From contig JASCQW010000099.1 of NCBI GenBank assembly GCA_030264375.1, positions 42,132,826 through 42,196,825 of the forward strand: a stretch of DNA of 64,000 bases, in the 5' to 3' direction. The notes under the pieces were generated by a model. It made no database searches. It was not told the origin of the DNA and saw only the letters and a list, made by a program, of their open reading frames with translations. The stretch's first letter is position 1; each line of letters begins with the position of its first letter. Both the position numbers and the translations under genes were made by a program. Shown one piece after another: positions 52,157-64,000 of this stretch. Origin of the DNA: Carcharhinus longimanus (Eukaryota).

Positions 52157-52569
52157 TAACTATAATTGGAAAACTTATTGTATGTACCGCTGATTGCTAT
52201 CCTTTCATCACAATGGATAGCAACTAATCAGATTTAGTTCTGATAACTGTTGGCAGGGATGGAGAAGGGAGTGGGAAGGAGAGTTAAAGGATTACAAACA
52301 TTTAACACTGAGGCTCAAAAATAAAAAGGCATCCTGGGCAAAATTTCTGTGGATTACTGGTCCCAGTTGGAAATAAACTATACAAATAAATAACATAAAT
52401 GAATCAGTGGTAGAAAAGAAAGAGGTGAAAACTTAATGTGAAATAAATATATATTTTCTTCTTTCTTTTAAATTTGCCTCCCTTTACTCTAACTTCTATT
52501 GTTCAATGCTGCTCTTTATTATTTCAGTTATTTTCAATCGCTCTGGTTTTCTGTTTATTATCCTTATCA

Positions 52570-54935
52570 GCCAGAGCATGCTGGATGACAAGAGAGAAAG
52601 AGGTGAAAACGAAAAGGAAGAGCAAGTATGATAGATGTCTGGTAGAAAATACAATGGAGAATCAGGCTGAATATAGAAGAACCAGAGAGGAGGTGAAAAT
52701 AACTAATAGGAAAAGGAAGGGGCATAAAAGCAACTAGCAGCTCACATAAAAGTGAATCCCAACGTCCATTAGCATGTAAATAATAAAAGGTTGGTAAAAG
52801 AATAGTGCCAAGTAGGGACAAATATAGATATTTGCTTCTGGTGGCAGGAGAAATAGCGCAGGTGTTAAATAACTACTTTGCATCTGTCTTTACAAAAGGA
52901 AAATGCTACCCAGGTTGAGGTGGGAGAGGAGGTAACTGGTACATTCGAAGGAGGTGTTGAAAAGGCTTAGGGTGATCTTACCAGGTCGTCACACCAGCTG
53001 ATCAGCATAGAGAGCCAGTAAGATCATGAGAGAAGTGACAAACCAGATTCGCTCCCGATTTCTCACCTCTCGTCATCTTATCGACCTTGGATTGCTATCA
53101 GCCTCGCACCTGGGAAGAGCATGAGGCTGATTTAACTATTTAATTTGAATTTCAATATGATCAGTGAGCCCAGGACACAATCATCCAGATTCACTTATCT
53201 TCATGGCATCACCAGCAATGATCACGTACGGTCCCCAGCAACAGGAACCTGACGTGGTGGCCTCAACGGTGGGACTGGAGGCTATTGAGGCCCCTGGATA
53301 GTCAGTGGAAGGAGGCAGTGCCCCTTGGGCCCTATTCACTGGACAGTCTGCACTGCCCCCTTCATGGCCCTGTTGGGCAATGCCAAAGTGTGGGGCCTTA
53401 GATTAGGGGCAGTCAAGGACCATCAAGAGGGCCAGTTCTAAGGAGAGGTAGCTGTGCACTCTGCAGTCAGGGATCGGCCAGGCAGAGAGTGGGGCCATCA
53501 GTTGGGAAGGTCAGCGATCGGGGAGGGGTGGGGAGATGGTGATATCCAGGCGGAGTAGAGGGGAAATGATAGATTTCTCTGTTCTGTTGCACAGAACACA
53601 GATCTGTGCATGCATGATAACATGATGTGTAAGCAAGCAGGTCTTCTGGCAAGAATAAACTCCACACAATCTCCCTACTGGCATGAATCACACTTGCTTC
53701 TTCTTTTGCACTAAGTACCATAAGATTGTGTCTGAAAGCTTGCTGGAAAAAATGCAACGATTCTCTCCTGATGCTTGTTTGTCACTTCGAGTTCTTTTGG
53801 TAACATTGCCCCTGTATCTTTATTTTAAGAAGCAAAGCTATCAGGTCAAAATTAGATACATCCAAAGGCACTCAGGGAAATGAGAGTGAAAATTACTGAG
53901 GCAATAGTAATGATCTTTCCGTCTTACTTAGACATGGGGTGGTGATGCCAGAGGACTAGAGAATTAAAATGTTACATCCTTGATCAAAAAGGCACACAAG
54001 GATAAAAGGTGGCAACTATAGTGATAGAGTAATCTCTGGAAACTATAGTTCAGGACAAAATTGATAGTCACTTAGACAAGTGCAGGATAATTAAAGAAAA
54101 CCAGCATGGATTCATTAAGAGAAAATCATGTCTAACCTGTTCATGTTTTGTGAGCAGGTAAGAGAGAAGGTTGATAAGAGCAATGTTGTTGATGTGTTGA
54201 ATATAGATTTTCAAAAGACATTTGATACAGTACCACACAACAGGCTTGCAAGCAAAGTTATAGATTATGGAATAAAAGGGAAAGTAGGCATTTTGATATG
54301 GAATTGTCCAAGTGACAAACAGAATAGTGATAATTGGCTCTCTTTCAAATTGGAAGGTCTGTAGTGAAGTTCAGCTGGGGGCAGTGTTGGGACCCTTGCT
54401 CTTCCTGAAATATATTAATGACCCAGGCTGTGGTGTTCAGGGCATAATTTCAAAATTTGCAGATTATACAAAAATTGGAAATGTTGTCAACTGTGATGAG
54501 GATAGTCTTGAACTTCAAAAGGACATAGACATACTGGTGGATTGAGTAGACAAGTGACAGATGAAGTTCAGTGTGGAAATGTGTGGCGGGATTCATTTTA
54601 ATGGCAAGAACATGGAGAGTCAATACACTACAAAGAGGTGCAGGAACAGAAGGTCCTTGAGGTGTACATGAATGTAAATCACTGAGTAGTTAATAAAGCA
54701 TATACTATCTTAGACTTTATTAATAGTGATTATTGGCAAAAGGTGTAAAAGTTATATGAGGAAATGTTTTTTCATCCCTGAGTAATTCGGGTCTGAAAGA
54801 ATGTGCGAGAGATTCAAAAGAAAATGGGAGTGCTATCTGAAAAAAAATGTTGAAGAATACTGGAATAAGGCTGGAAAGTGGTACTATATAGAATGCTCTT
54901 TCAGACAGCTAGTTCAGGCTCAAAGACTTAAATGA
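52570..54935 (+). mobile_element. CR1 LINE remnant interrupted by a non-autonomous DNA element (about 52970-53730)
   Basis: VDVLNIDFQKTFDTVPHNRL; LGPLLFLKYIND..ISKFADYTKIG. The insert begins GGGTGATCTTACC, matching the 61087 terminus. Confidence 0.82.
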
Positions 54936-55085
54936 TGATACCTGACATTTGACAAGATCATCAGTTGCAACTTCTCGGCTGGTTGGCCTCAAATTTATAC
55001 ACATCAGTAAATAAAGTACAATATTATTCTAATAACTAGATGCAGAATCCAGGTTACAAACCACTCACATATGCTGTAATTTTTA

Positions 55086-55292
<207 letters not shown>

Positions 55293-57559
55293 TCATTATA
55301 TTTGAAAGTTGTTTTTCTTTTAAGCCAAGACCTAAAGAATTAATTAACCTAGATTGCCTAAAACAGCAAGTTGTATTGTCTTTTCCTCATGAGAAGTTTA
55401 TTTGCTACAATGAAATGGTATTATAACAGTATTATTTTAATTGTGATCAGATTTCATAAAATGATTGTGTTTTGGGCTACCTCTTTATTTTAAAATAAAA
55501 TAGAATTGTGAAGGTCATCTGATATGTTAAGAGTTCTGCCAAATAAGCCAGTATGGCATGGTTACCATGGAGATCAAGTTGAGAGTTGCTGAGATGTTCA
55601 CACCAGAAAACAAAGGCAGGAGTAGCTTGGTTGCAGTGTTGAGGCTTAGGGTGGAATTTTCCCATCCCACCCATGGCAGGCAGTAGAGAATCCAACTGGA
55701 CATAAAAAGTTGGAAACGAATCAGTGTAAAAGCAGATTGCAATTCTCCCATTGGCAGATTAATGCCAGGCTGGTTGTCCTGCTGCCTGGTGTCATTTTCA
55801 TTTCATGACTGTTCATTAAAATTGATTGCCTAAATCTCATCAGGCCTTCCAATCTTATTGTGCCAGCAGGAAGTCAGGTTGATATCAAAGTTGTTTGAAA
55901 AACAGTGACGTGGATAAGCTGGACCACAGTACACTTGAGATTTCAAGGTGAATGCAATGAAACCAATATTTTGGTGACAAAATGCACGCATGCATGAGCG
56001 CACATTCCACATACAGAAACCAGTGCAACAAAACCTCACTAGTGGCGCCACCTATCATTTTTGACAACTAGAACCAAGCTTCTTCATCTCAGGACATTAT
56101 CCCTTTAAGCCCCCTCAACAGCATTTACGACACTGAACTAAATCAAACCAACTGCCTGAATCCTCCTCCTCTCTCTCTCTCTCTCTCTCTGTTTTCTCTT
56201 CACCCTCTCTCCCTTTCTCTTTTTCCTCATCCACTCCTCCATATCTCTTTCTTTTACTCCCAATCCCTTTAACCCTCCTCATTATTCTTCCCCTATTCTT
56301 ATCCTCCTCAGCACACCCCACATGCCCCAACCTTCTTCATATGTTTCAATTGAGCCACATAATCCAAACACACTTGACCTGATTGCTACATTTTTCCAGG
56401 GCTTGTATTAGAACAAAAAAAAATTGATATTTATTAAAAATGAAGAAACTGTACTTCTGGGGCTTTACTATCATTCCCCATCAGACATTTGAGAGTACTG
56501 TTTATCCTGATCATTCTCACAAACTATTCTATAAATGACCTCTGAGATTCACTCTACAACTTCAATTTAACTGGCAACATATTAAAATCAATAAGATGCC
56601 CTAAAGCAAATTTTAAGCTGAACCTTGAAGCAACAGCGTAAGGACCTATCCACAAGGGATGGATAAACTCTTAAGAGGTAATGTATGCCAACTGATTATC
56701 AGCCAAGTTGAAAGGAAGCTTCTTCAACAACAGTATTTTGAACAATGTATAATTTTTATATATATTAATATATATAGTGTGTTAAGAAAGATTTAAAGTT
56801 TCCGTTTTTTTAGGGTTTGAGCCTGAAAAGTTTCAGGTGTTTTGGATTTTTTTTGCATAATTACATTTTAGTGAGGTTTTACATCCCCTGAAGGAAATAG
56901 ATAGATTAAAAGGAGTTTGAAATTCAGGGAACAAAAAGAAAAGAAAAATCTTTACTGTTGCCTAACACCAGCGATCCAGAGACAGAAAAATATAGGAGAG
57001 GATAGAGACTTGTGTGCCTGTATCAGAGAGGGAAGACAGGGTTTAAGCTGTTTAAAAAGTAAGGCTACAAGACTATTAGGAAAGTAGTTAACAGAATAAA
57101 CAGTTAAAAAACTCAGTGAAGTGATCTGTTTAGTAGAGATGCTACCGGAAGAGGGAACAAATTTGTTTGCTCTGCAATTGAAGAAACATTGAGTTTAGAG
57201 TCTTACAGAACAATCCCCCCAAAAACATACTTGGTCAAAAGTACACAATTAAACTATCTTTTAGTCAACAACCTGCTATAGATTCTTAACCATAAAAATC
57301 CAGTAAGTATTAACCAAGTCAAGGAATTAATAAAGGCACATCTCATGATTTCTCATATCCTTCCACTCTGACGTGGAATTCCAAAAGGAGGTTTAGAATC
57401 AATCTATTTCCTTAAACACCAACTCTTCTAATGTAATATTAGGTGCATGCCGCAAATTTCAAACTTTACATATTCTCAGCATCCCCCACGAAGGAACTGG
57501 TCTTCAGGTCTTTCCTTCACTCCAACTCAACTCAGTTAAACGTCCCTTTTCTTAAATAT

Positions 57560-58150
57560 CTTTTTCCTCTTTCATCTAGAGTTCCTTGTCCTTAAGCACA
57601 TCTTTCACCTCAATTTCTCCAAATATAAGAATATATGTTTTCTGATTTTTCTCTACATTCAGGTCAATAAAATTTATCAAGCGGATCCTGCATGCTTTTT
57701 CAAAAATCTTGTCAACTTGCCCTGCCATCTCCAAAAAATTATGTGGAAACCCTTAGGTTTCACTGTTTATACACCACTAAAAATCATACCATTTACTTTG
57801 TATTGCTACATTTCATTTTTCTTTCCACCAAATACTTTTCAGCAATATATTTAATCTGGCATGTCTGCCCACTTCATTATCTATTTATACACCAAACCAT
57901 TTTTTACATTTTCAAACTTTGGGACATCTTAAAAACCTTGAATTTACGCCACTTTCTTGAAGTCTAGGTCATCAAAATATATCAAAAAGAGCAATAATCT
58001 AAATACCATCCTCTCTGGAATACCAGTGTACACTTTCCTCCAGCGTGATATATAAAAATATACCACTTTCAGTCTCTTAGCCAACTGCCTACCACACTGC
58101 AACTTCTCTTTTAATCCCATGAGCCTCATTGCACAATGAGTTTATTCAAG
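57560..58150 (-). mobile_element. Old CR1 fragment
   Basis: WRKVYTGIPERMVFRLLLFLIYFDDLD. Confidence 0.75.
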
Positions 58151-58440
58151 AAAACATGGGAACAGAAAGGCCAATTCAACCTTTTTAAACGATCAGCTTC
58201 TTGTTGACGTAAGAAAGATACATTAAATACAAAAGCAAAATACTGCAGATGTTGGAAATTTGAAATAAATGCTAAAAATACACAGCAGAGCTAACGACAT
58301 TTGTGGAGAGGCGCAAAGAAAATACCTCCTCATTGACTTCAGCAGTTTCATTTAATAAAGTATATCGAAAAATGTCAAAGATTTCTAAATAACCTAAGAA
58401 ATTCACAGCACTAATTGACATATAACTGATTTCAAGAGAT

Positions 58441-58533
58441 GGCATGGTGACTCAGTGGTTAGCGCTGCTGCCTCAGCACCAGGGACCCAGATTCGATTCC
58501 CAGCCTCAGGTGACTGTCTGTGTGAAGTGTGCA
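58441..58533 (+). mobile_element. HE1-type SINE 5' head only
   Basis: GGCATGGTGACTCAGTGGTTAGCGCTGCTGCC...GATTCGATTCCC...CTGTCTGTGTGAAGTGTGCAT. Confidence 0.85.
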
Positions 58534-58603
58534 TAAAGCACTGAGGACGAATGGTTTATATCTGAATGAAATACTTCACTATTGAACTTGCTGTCAGGGT
58601 GGG

Positions 58604-58914
58604 ATGTCTGGTAGAAGTAAAGGTGGGAAAGGTCTTGGGAAGAGCAGTGCTAAATGACACCGGAAGTTCTTTGCAAAAATATCCAGGGAATAACTAAACC
58701 TGCTATCCGTCGGCTCGCTCGGCGTGGGGGTGTTAAGTGCATTTCAGGCCTCATCTACAAAGAAACCCGCGGAGTCCTGAAGGTTCTCTTTGTGAACATC
58801 ATTCAGGACTCGGTCACCTACGCCGAACACACCAAACTCAAGACTGTTACTGCCATGGATGTTGTGTACACCCTGAAACGCCAAGGAGGAATCCCCTATG
58901 GTTTTGGTGGTTGA
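58604..58914 (+). pseudogene. Histone H4 pseudogene (orphon)
   Basis: [20 protein letters not shown], then a 1-nt deletion, then [39 protein letters not shown]...[26 protein letters not shown] at 58655-58657; 311 nt versus 312 for an intact H4 CDS; no histone 3' stem-loop seen. Confidence 0.95.
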
Positions 58915-60303
58915 AAACTTCAGGGAAAATATTTCAAGGATGCAAAGGAAACATCCCTTTTACCACTAAAGGCACCAATAAATTTTATGTTGTTAAATAG
59001 TTTATCCCTAACACATCATGGGAAACAATGCAAGGGATTGTATGGTATATTATAAACAAAGGAATTAAAGAGTTATATTGCTGTATATGTAACAGTGATG
59101 CTGAGATAAAGCTAAATTGTATCAGATTTCATTCAATTTTTTGAACAACCAAAAATTGAAAACTGACCATAAAGCTGTAAGATATCTAAAGTCAGTGCAA
59201 AAAATTTTAGTAGATAGTGATTGGATCCTAATGTGCAATTAAATTATAATGGTAAGCTCAATGCAAAGTATGAGATGCAGAGTATAGCTTCATTATGCAT
59301 TTGCAACAGATGGCTGCTTAACTAAAAAACAATTCTTTCCTTTTTTGTTCTAAAGCATTAATTTCACAACAGCAGATAATCTGGGTCGTAACCAGCTGCC
59401 ATAGGATTGGTTTTCCTAATCCTCCTTTGGTAATACATAACAGCAACAAAGTATTCATTTTCCAGTTACAATTTCAAGCACAACACAAAAGACAACTGCA
59501 TATAGGCCAGCATGGCAGAAAATACATTTTAGGGATTGTTGTTGTTTTCTGACAATGTGCACTTAGAAATTAAACTAAAATCATAGATCAAGCATGCCAG
59601 TCCTCATACCTACATTAAAGACATTGCCAAATGACAATATACACTTTTTTACACTGATGTTTAAAGATGTGGATTTAAGTCTTGAACCCAGAATTCAGAA
59701 GAATCCAAATGCTGAGGTAATGCATGATGTGGCTCCAGCCGTAGATGCCAGGACAAAGGAGCTTCAGACTGGATCACTCATTACATCCTAAATCCAGATA
59801 GCATGAGTTCCCCGCGAGATTTCTTAAATTCCACCTCAAGAAAGTTCACCATGGAAATGCCACAACATCCAACATACTCTTTCCAGACTAACCTACATGT
59901 TTGCAATCTCTGGAAGGAAAAAGGTTGCAGGTTTTTGACATGAACAAGCCTACATGCATGGCCTCATCAAAGCCACACACCTTGGATTTGGAACAAGGTC
60001 ACACATGACTGAGACAACAATTTCCAAGGGACAAAGTAAAATCTACTGGCTTACCAATGAGGTTTCAATCCCCCAACCTAACAAAGGTTGACATACATAG
60101 ATATCACCAGATGGCAAGCAGCTCCAATATGCCACTACTTCCAAGTTTCCACAATAAATGGTGCATCAATAACCCCTCATGTTTCAACAAAGTATCAAGC
60201 CTCTTTAAAGGCTTCATCTGGCCACAGAAGTGCAAACTACATAACCATTTAACACATGGAAATAAAGTGATAAAAACTATATATTTACACAAAAATACGG
60301 GGG

Positions 60304-61087
60304 TGGGACAATCTTAGCAAAACAATTCTAAGTGCTAAACAAGCTTGAAAATGGGAGAGTTTCGAACCCATTTTTTCAGCGAGAGAAAAAATGAAATCTT
60401 ATGATGTTTGAAAAGAAAAGAGACAAAATGTGATTTGCACAAGTAGCAGGCATGGACAAGGTCTGTTCAGGTTGGGAAGCCAGCTGCTGACTGCTTCAGG
60501 GCATTCTCACTCATGCGCCTAATCTCCCAGTGCACAATGTACAAGAGTGCATAGGGAGATCATAACTTCCCCCCACAATCCTGGGCATTGCCTTCTCCAC
60601 CAATTGCCCTCCTGATCACAGCTGATTGCTGGCCTGACTTCATTCCCNNNNNNNNNNNNNNNNNNNNNNNNNNNNNNNNNNNNNNNNNNNNNNNNNNNNN
60701 NNNNNNNNNNNNNNNNNNNNNNNNNNNNNNNNNNNNNNNNNNNNNNNNNNNNNNNNNNNNNNNNNCCAGGAGGCCTCAATGGCTCTGGTCCCACTAGTGA
60801 GGCCATCACATTTGGTCCCTGTTAGTGGGGGGGCCTTATGGCCATACATTATTTTCGCTGGTGGGGGCTGTTAAGGCAAGTGAGCCTACACACTGCAGGC
60901 TCACTAATAATATTTAAATTAGAAAATGAATATTAAAATCAACTTTGCACAATTATGCTGGCAATTCAATGCCAATGGCATCGCAAGAGGCAAGAAACTG
61001 GGCTCGAACTTTTTTTTGCCTCACTCACGATCTTACCAGCTTGCCATGCCAATTGACCAGCGTGACAAGCCAGTAAGGTCGTCCCCC
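60304..61087. mobile_element. Non-autonomous Harbinger-related element
   Basis: GGGACAATCTTA...TTCTAAGTG left end and TAAGGTCGTCCCCC right end. Confidence 0.6.
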
Positions 61088-61139
61088 AGTGTCACAGAAT
61101 CTCTTGACAACAGTTCATCTTGTGTTATAAAAAGATATT

Positions 61140-62760
61140 GCACTTACATTTTCTTCCACTTTGTCTTGGTGTGATCCCAACACCACAGCTGCGATGATGA
61201 AGGCCTAATTGTGTGTTATGCCCCTTTGCCTAGGTGGCTGCCCTCAGGTGGTCCAATTTTTAGGAGGCTCCAAATTGCTGAGGCCTCTTGCATTGGTGCA
61301 AGTCCACCCTATCAGACCTCGACTGCAAGAGGAATCACTGTCAGAGGTAAGGAAGAGCGGCAATTCACCCTTGGAGCGCCTGTAAGGCAAACCTGCTGGT
61401 GTTCCTCTCCCCTACTATGCATGATGACACTTCCCCAATTTCAGGGGAGGGAATACATGAATAAGGTCAAGTGCCTCATTATCCCTCTTACCTAATAAGC
61501 CATGACTGGAGTGACAGAATGCAGGTCTGAGTCTCTTTTCACAAGTACCTGGATTTACACCACAAGTGCTGTAAGCTACAGGGCTATGGGCCGGATGCAG
61601 GAAGGTGGGATTAGCAAGGGCACCTGGGTATCCTTGGGCTGCCGTGGACAAGATGGGCCAGTGGCCTCTTTCTGTGCTGCAACTTTTCTATGGTTATAGG
61701 GTTCTTTGTCCAGCAGCCGCAAGTGTTCTGTTGGACCTAGTTTTTCATGATAGTCACCAACCTCTCCAAGGAAGTTGCCATGCACTCACATGCCAGAGCC
61801 ATGACAGGATTCATCGCTTGGATGGATGCCTCCACCCATCGTGCATAGCCTCTGGCACCTCTGTCAGACGTGCCCCTGCCTGCGTCTCTAAGTCTAGGTT
61901 TCATGTAATCATTCCCAGAGGGTCATATTTAGCACTGGGCTCAGAATGGGCCCAGCCATCAGCATTCTTCTGCCAAGAACCTTGTTGTCATGTTTTGATG
62001 AGCTGCTGCACCACTTCAGTGTTGTATTCCCTAGATTGTGACTTCAAGCCTAATCATGAACACATTCTACTGCCCCACCCCACCTGAGGTGACTGTCTCT
62101 GTGCTGGCTGTCTAGAGGAATTATGTGATGATGCATCCTCTCAGTATTTCATGTCATCAACCTCAAGGCGTGGAGTTCTGACTTGCTGCAGACTCAGTGC
62201 AATGTGTCATTTGACTGCAGAGACCTCAAGTGGTGAATACAAAGAATTATCTGGCAGTTATGCACAATCCCTTTACAAAATGCTATGTCATGCATGTCTC
62301 CTGTATACCGAGTTCTCAACCCCAGGTTGGATACATCCTCATTTTGTTGTGTTGACACTCTGGCCTTGCCATCCATAACTGAGTCTGCCTGCTCCCCAGC
62401 CACTTTGACCACCTTCTCCTTTCAAAGGTCAACGTGCAGAAGTCAGGGACACCACCTGGTCTTTCAGCACTCTCCAACATTATGTATTCTTTTGTCCCTG
62501 CGGATAGACAAAAGGATTGAATGTCATCTCAATGGACAGCAAATTCCATTAAGAGCTTGCAAGCCTATGACAGCAAATATCACATCCCTAGTAAATGTTC
62601 CACACACACTCCCTGTGACTGGTACAACTTTCACAGCATGAACTGGTTCCCAGAAATTCAGTCCCCTTGTTTCATCTGGTGCTGAGGCCTGAAACACACA
62701 CTCCTTCCTGGTAGACACTTGCACATTTATATTTCTTGACATCATCGTAAGTGCCATTTG
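61140..62760 (-). pseudogene. Third Harbinger Myb/SANT-like gene remnant
   Basis: Minus strand CCGCAG|G GAC AAA AGA ATA CAT AAT (DKRIHNVGEC*KT) at about 62497, paralleling the exon starts at 10441 and 40910. Confidence 0.5.
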
Positions 62761-64000
62761 TTAGGAAACCAAAGGTCAAATATAAACTCTTTAAAATGTA
62801 TTGGTAAATATTAGAAATAAGGTATAATTTTAGGTAGGTTTAATGTTGTGCCTGGAAGGGATCTAGAGTTAGGTTCATGCTGGAGAAAGGTGTGTGGGGG
62901 TTATTTTTCAAGCCTAATCATAAAGACAGCAACAAAGTGAAGACACCAGCAAAGTCTGATGGTTAAAAGGGCTAACTCTATCAGGTTAAGGATTGTGGGA
63001 GTAGCAAAGGATGTACAACTATGGAATAAACATGGGAATTAACTGGATAGTGCCTGTTGTTATGCCTTGAACAGACACTGATTGAATATAGATCCCCGTG
63101 TGTTGTGTTCCTGAGATAATTACAACCTCCTGACACAGGCATGACGCTCAGTACTTGTGACCAAACAGACAGAGATTGATTAGTGTCTGTCCTCGAAGTA
63201 CACAACTGGAAACTTGGTCAGTGCCAACAGGATCACTATAAGGAGGAAAGACAGAAACATCGGCATTAGTAAACCAGGATCAACTACTGCAGAAGCACGA
63301 CCCTGAGTCCGGGACTCAGAAACATCAAAACAAAAACCATCAGTAGGCAATCTGATCAGTCTGCCTCGCCAAATAGTATCTCTATGTTCAATTCGTGAGT
63401 TTGGATATTTTGTAAAGTTCTGATATCTTTGAATATTTGTGTGTATAGGGGAGTAGGTCAAAGGTCTAACTTTGTGTCTAACGATGCAAGTCAGAGGTTA
63501 ATACTTTGCAAATAACAAAACTTGATGATTGATGTAATTTTGTGGTAAAATGGTACAACACAATAAAGGAGATTTGTTGTACAATAACTTGAGTGTCTTC
63601 GACTATGATGTCCGTTGACGCAAGTCAGAGAGCAACAGTTTCAATTGCATGTGCGATTCTATTGCAATAGGAGGAGTTTTGGCATATTAAAAAAATCAAT
63701 ACGCCAGCAGAGGCATGCAGGCATTGCTTGAAAACTAGAGGTCCTTGTAAGGTGAAGCAAAAGCTTTTCTTTATTCTTAGTTTAGCCAGAACAGTTAGGA
63801 GGAAGATCATGGAGCAGTGAGCAGTTTTCAGCTCTACCCAAAGCAGAAAAGGCTACACAATAGAGTGAGATGCAAGAAAGCAAGTTCCAGAGGAACTAAA
63901 GGATGGTTTGCTTTTGGAAACAGAACAAAATACTGTGCATGAGCATCCCCACAAAGCTGAGAAGGGTTCGATTGGTGAAAATGCCAGAGAAAGATTTCTA

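Noticed and set aside
56780-57440. Possible solo LTRs (also about 23540-23720 and 62840-63520)
   Set aside because: LTR-like composition and TG starts, but no TSD, PBS or paired LTR could be verified.
58654-58914. 86-aa ORF as a functional H4 variant
   Set aside because: The ATG overlaps the premature TGA and is an artefact of the frameshift; many otherwise invariant residues are substituted.

Overview
Repeat-rich vertebrate genomic DNA, very probably from a shark: it carries HE1-type V-SINEs, SacSINE1-like DeuSINEs, abundant CR1 and Penelope-like remnants. The assembly is gapped, with many 100-N scaffold gaps. The window lies entirely inside the 5' part of an EML6-like gene (echinoderm microtubule-associated protein-like 6) on the minus strand. 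Six consecutive coding exons (160, 99, 69, 186, 136 and 202 nt) have canonical GT-AG sites and splice into one open frame. The introns are filled with decayed, nested transposable elements: CR1, Rex1, RTE, Tx1, Gypsy, Harbinger with its MITEs, a Buster-type hAT, Penelope-like elements and SINEs. Main surprises: (1) an intact, isolated NIPBL exon on the plus strand inside an EML6 intron, followed by a possible unannotated 54-nt in-frame exon; (2) a U2 snRNA-headed element with tandem repeats of the branch-point-pairing segment; (3) a histone H4 pseudogene next to a SINE head; (4) two multi-kb blocks of unrelated DNA bracketed by a target-site duplication and same-family repeats, which point to either ectopic recombination or chimeric assembly. 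All identifications come from reading the sequence and recalled family knowledge; no searches were run, and TE boundaries are approximate unless a TSD is given.
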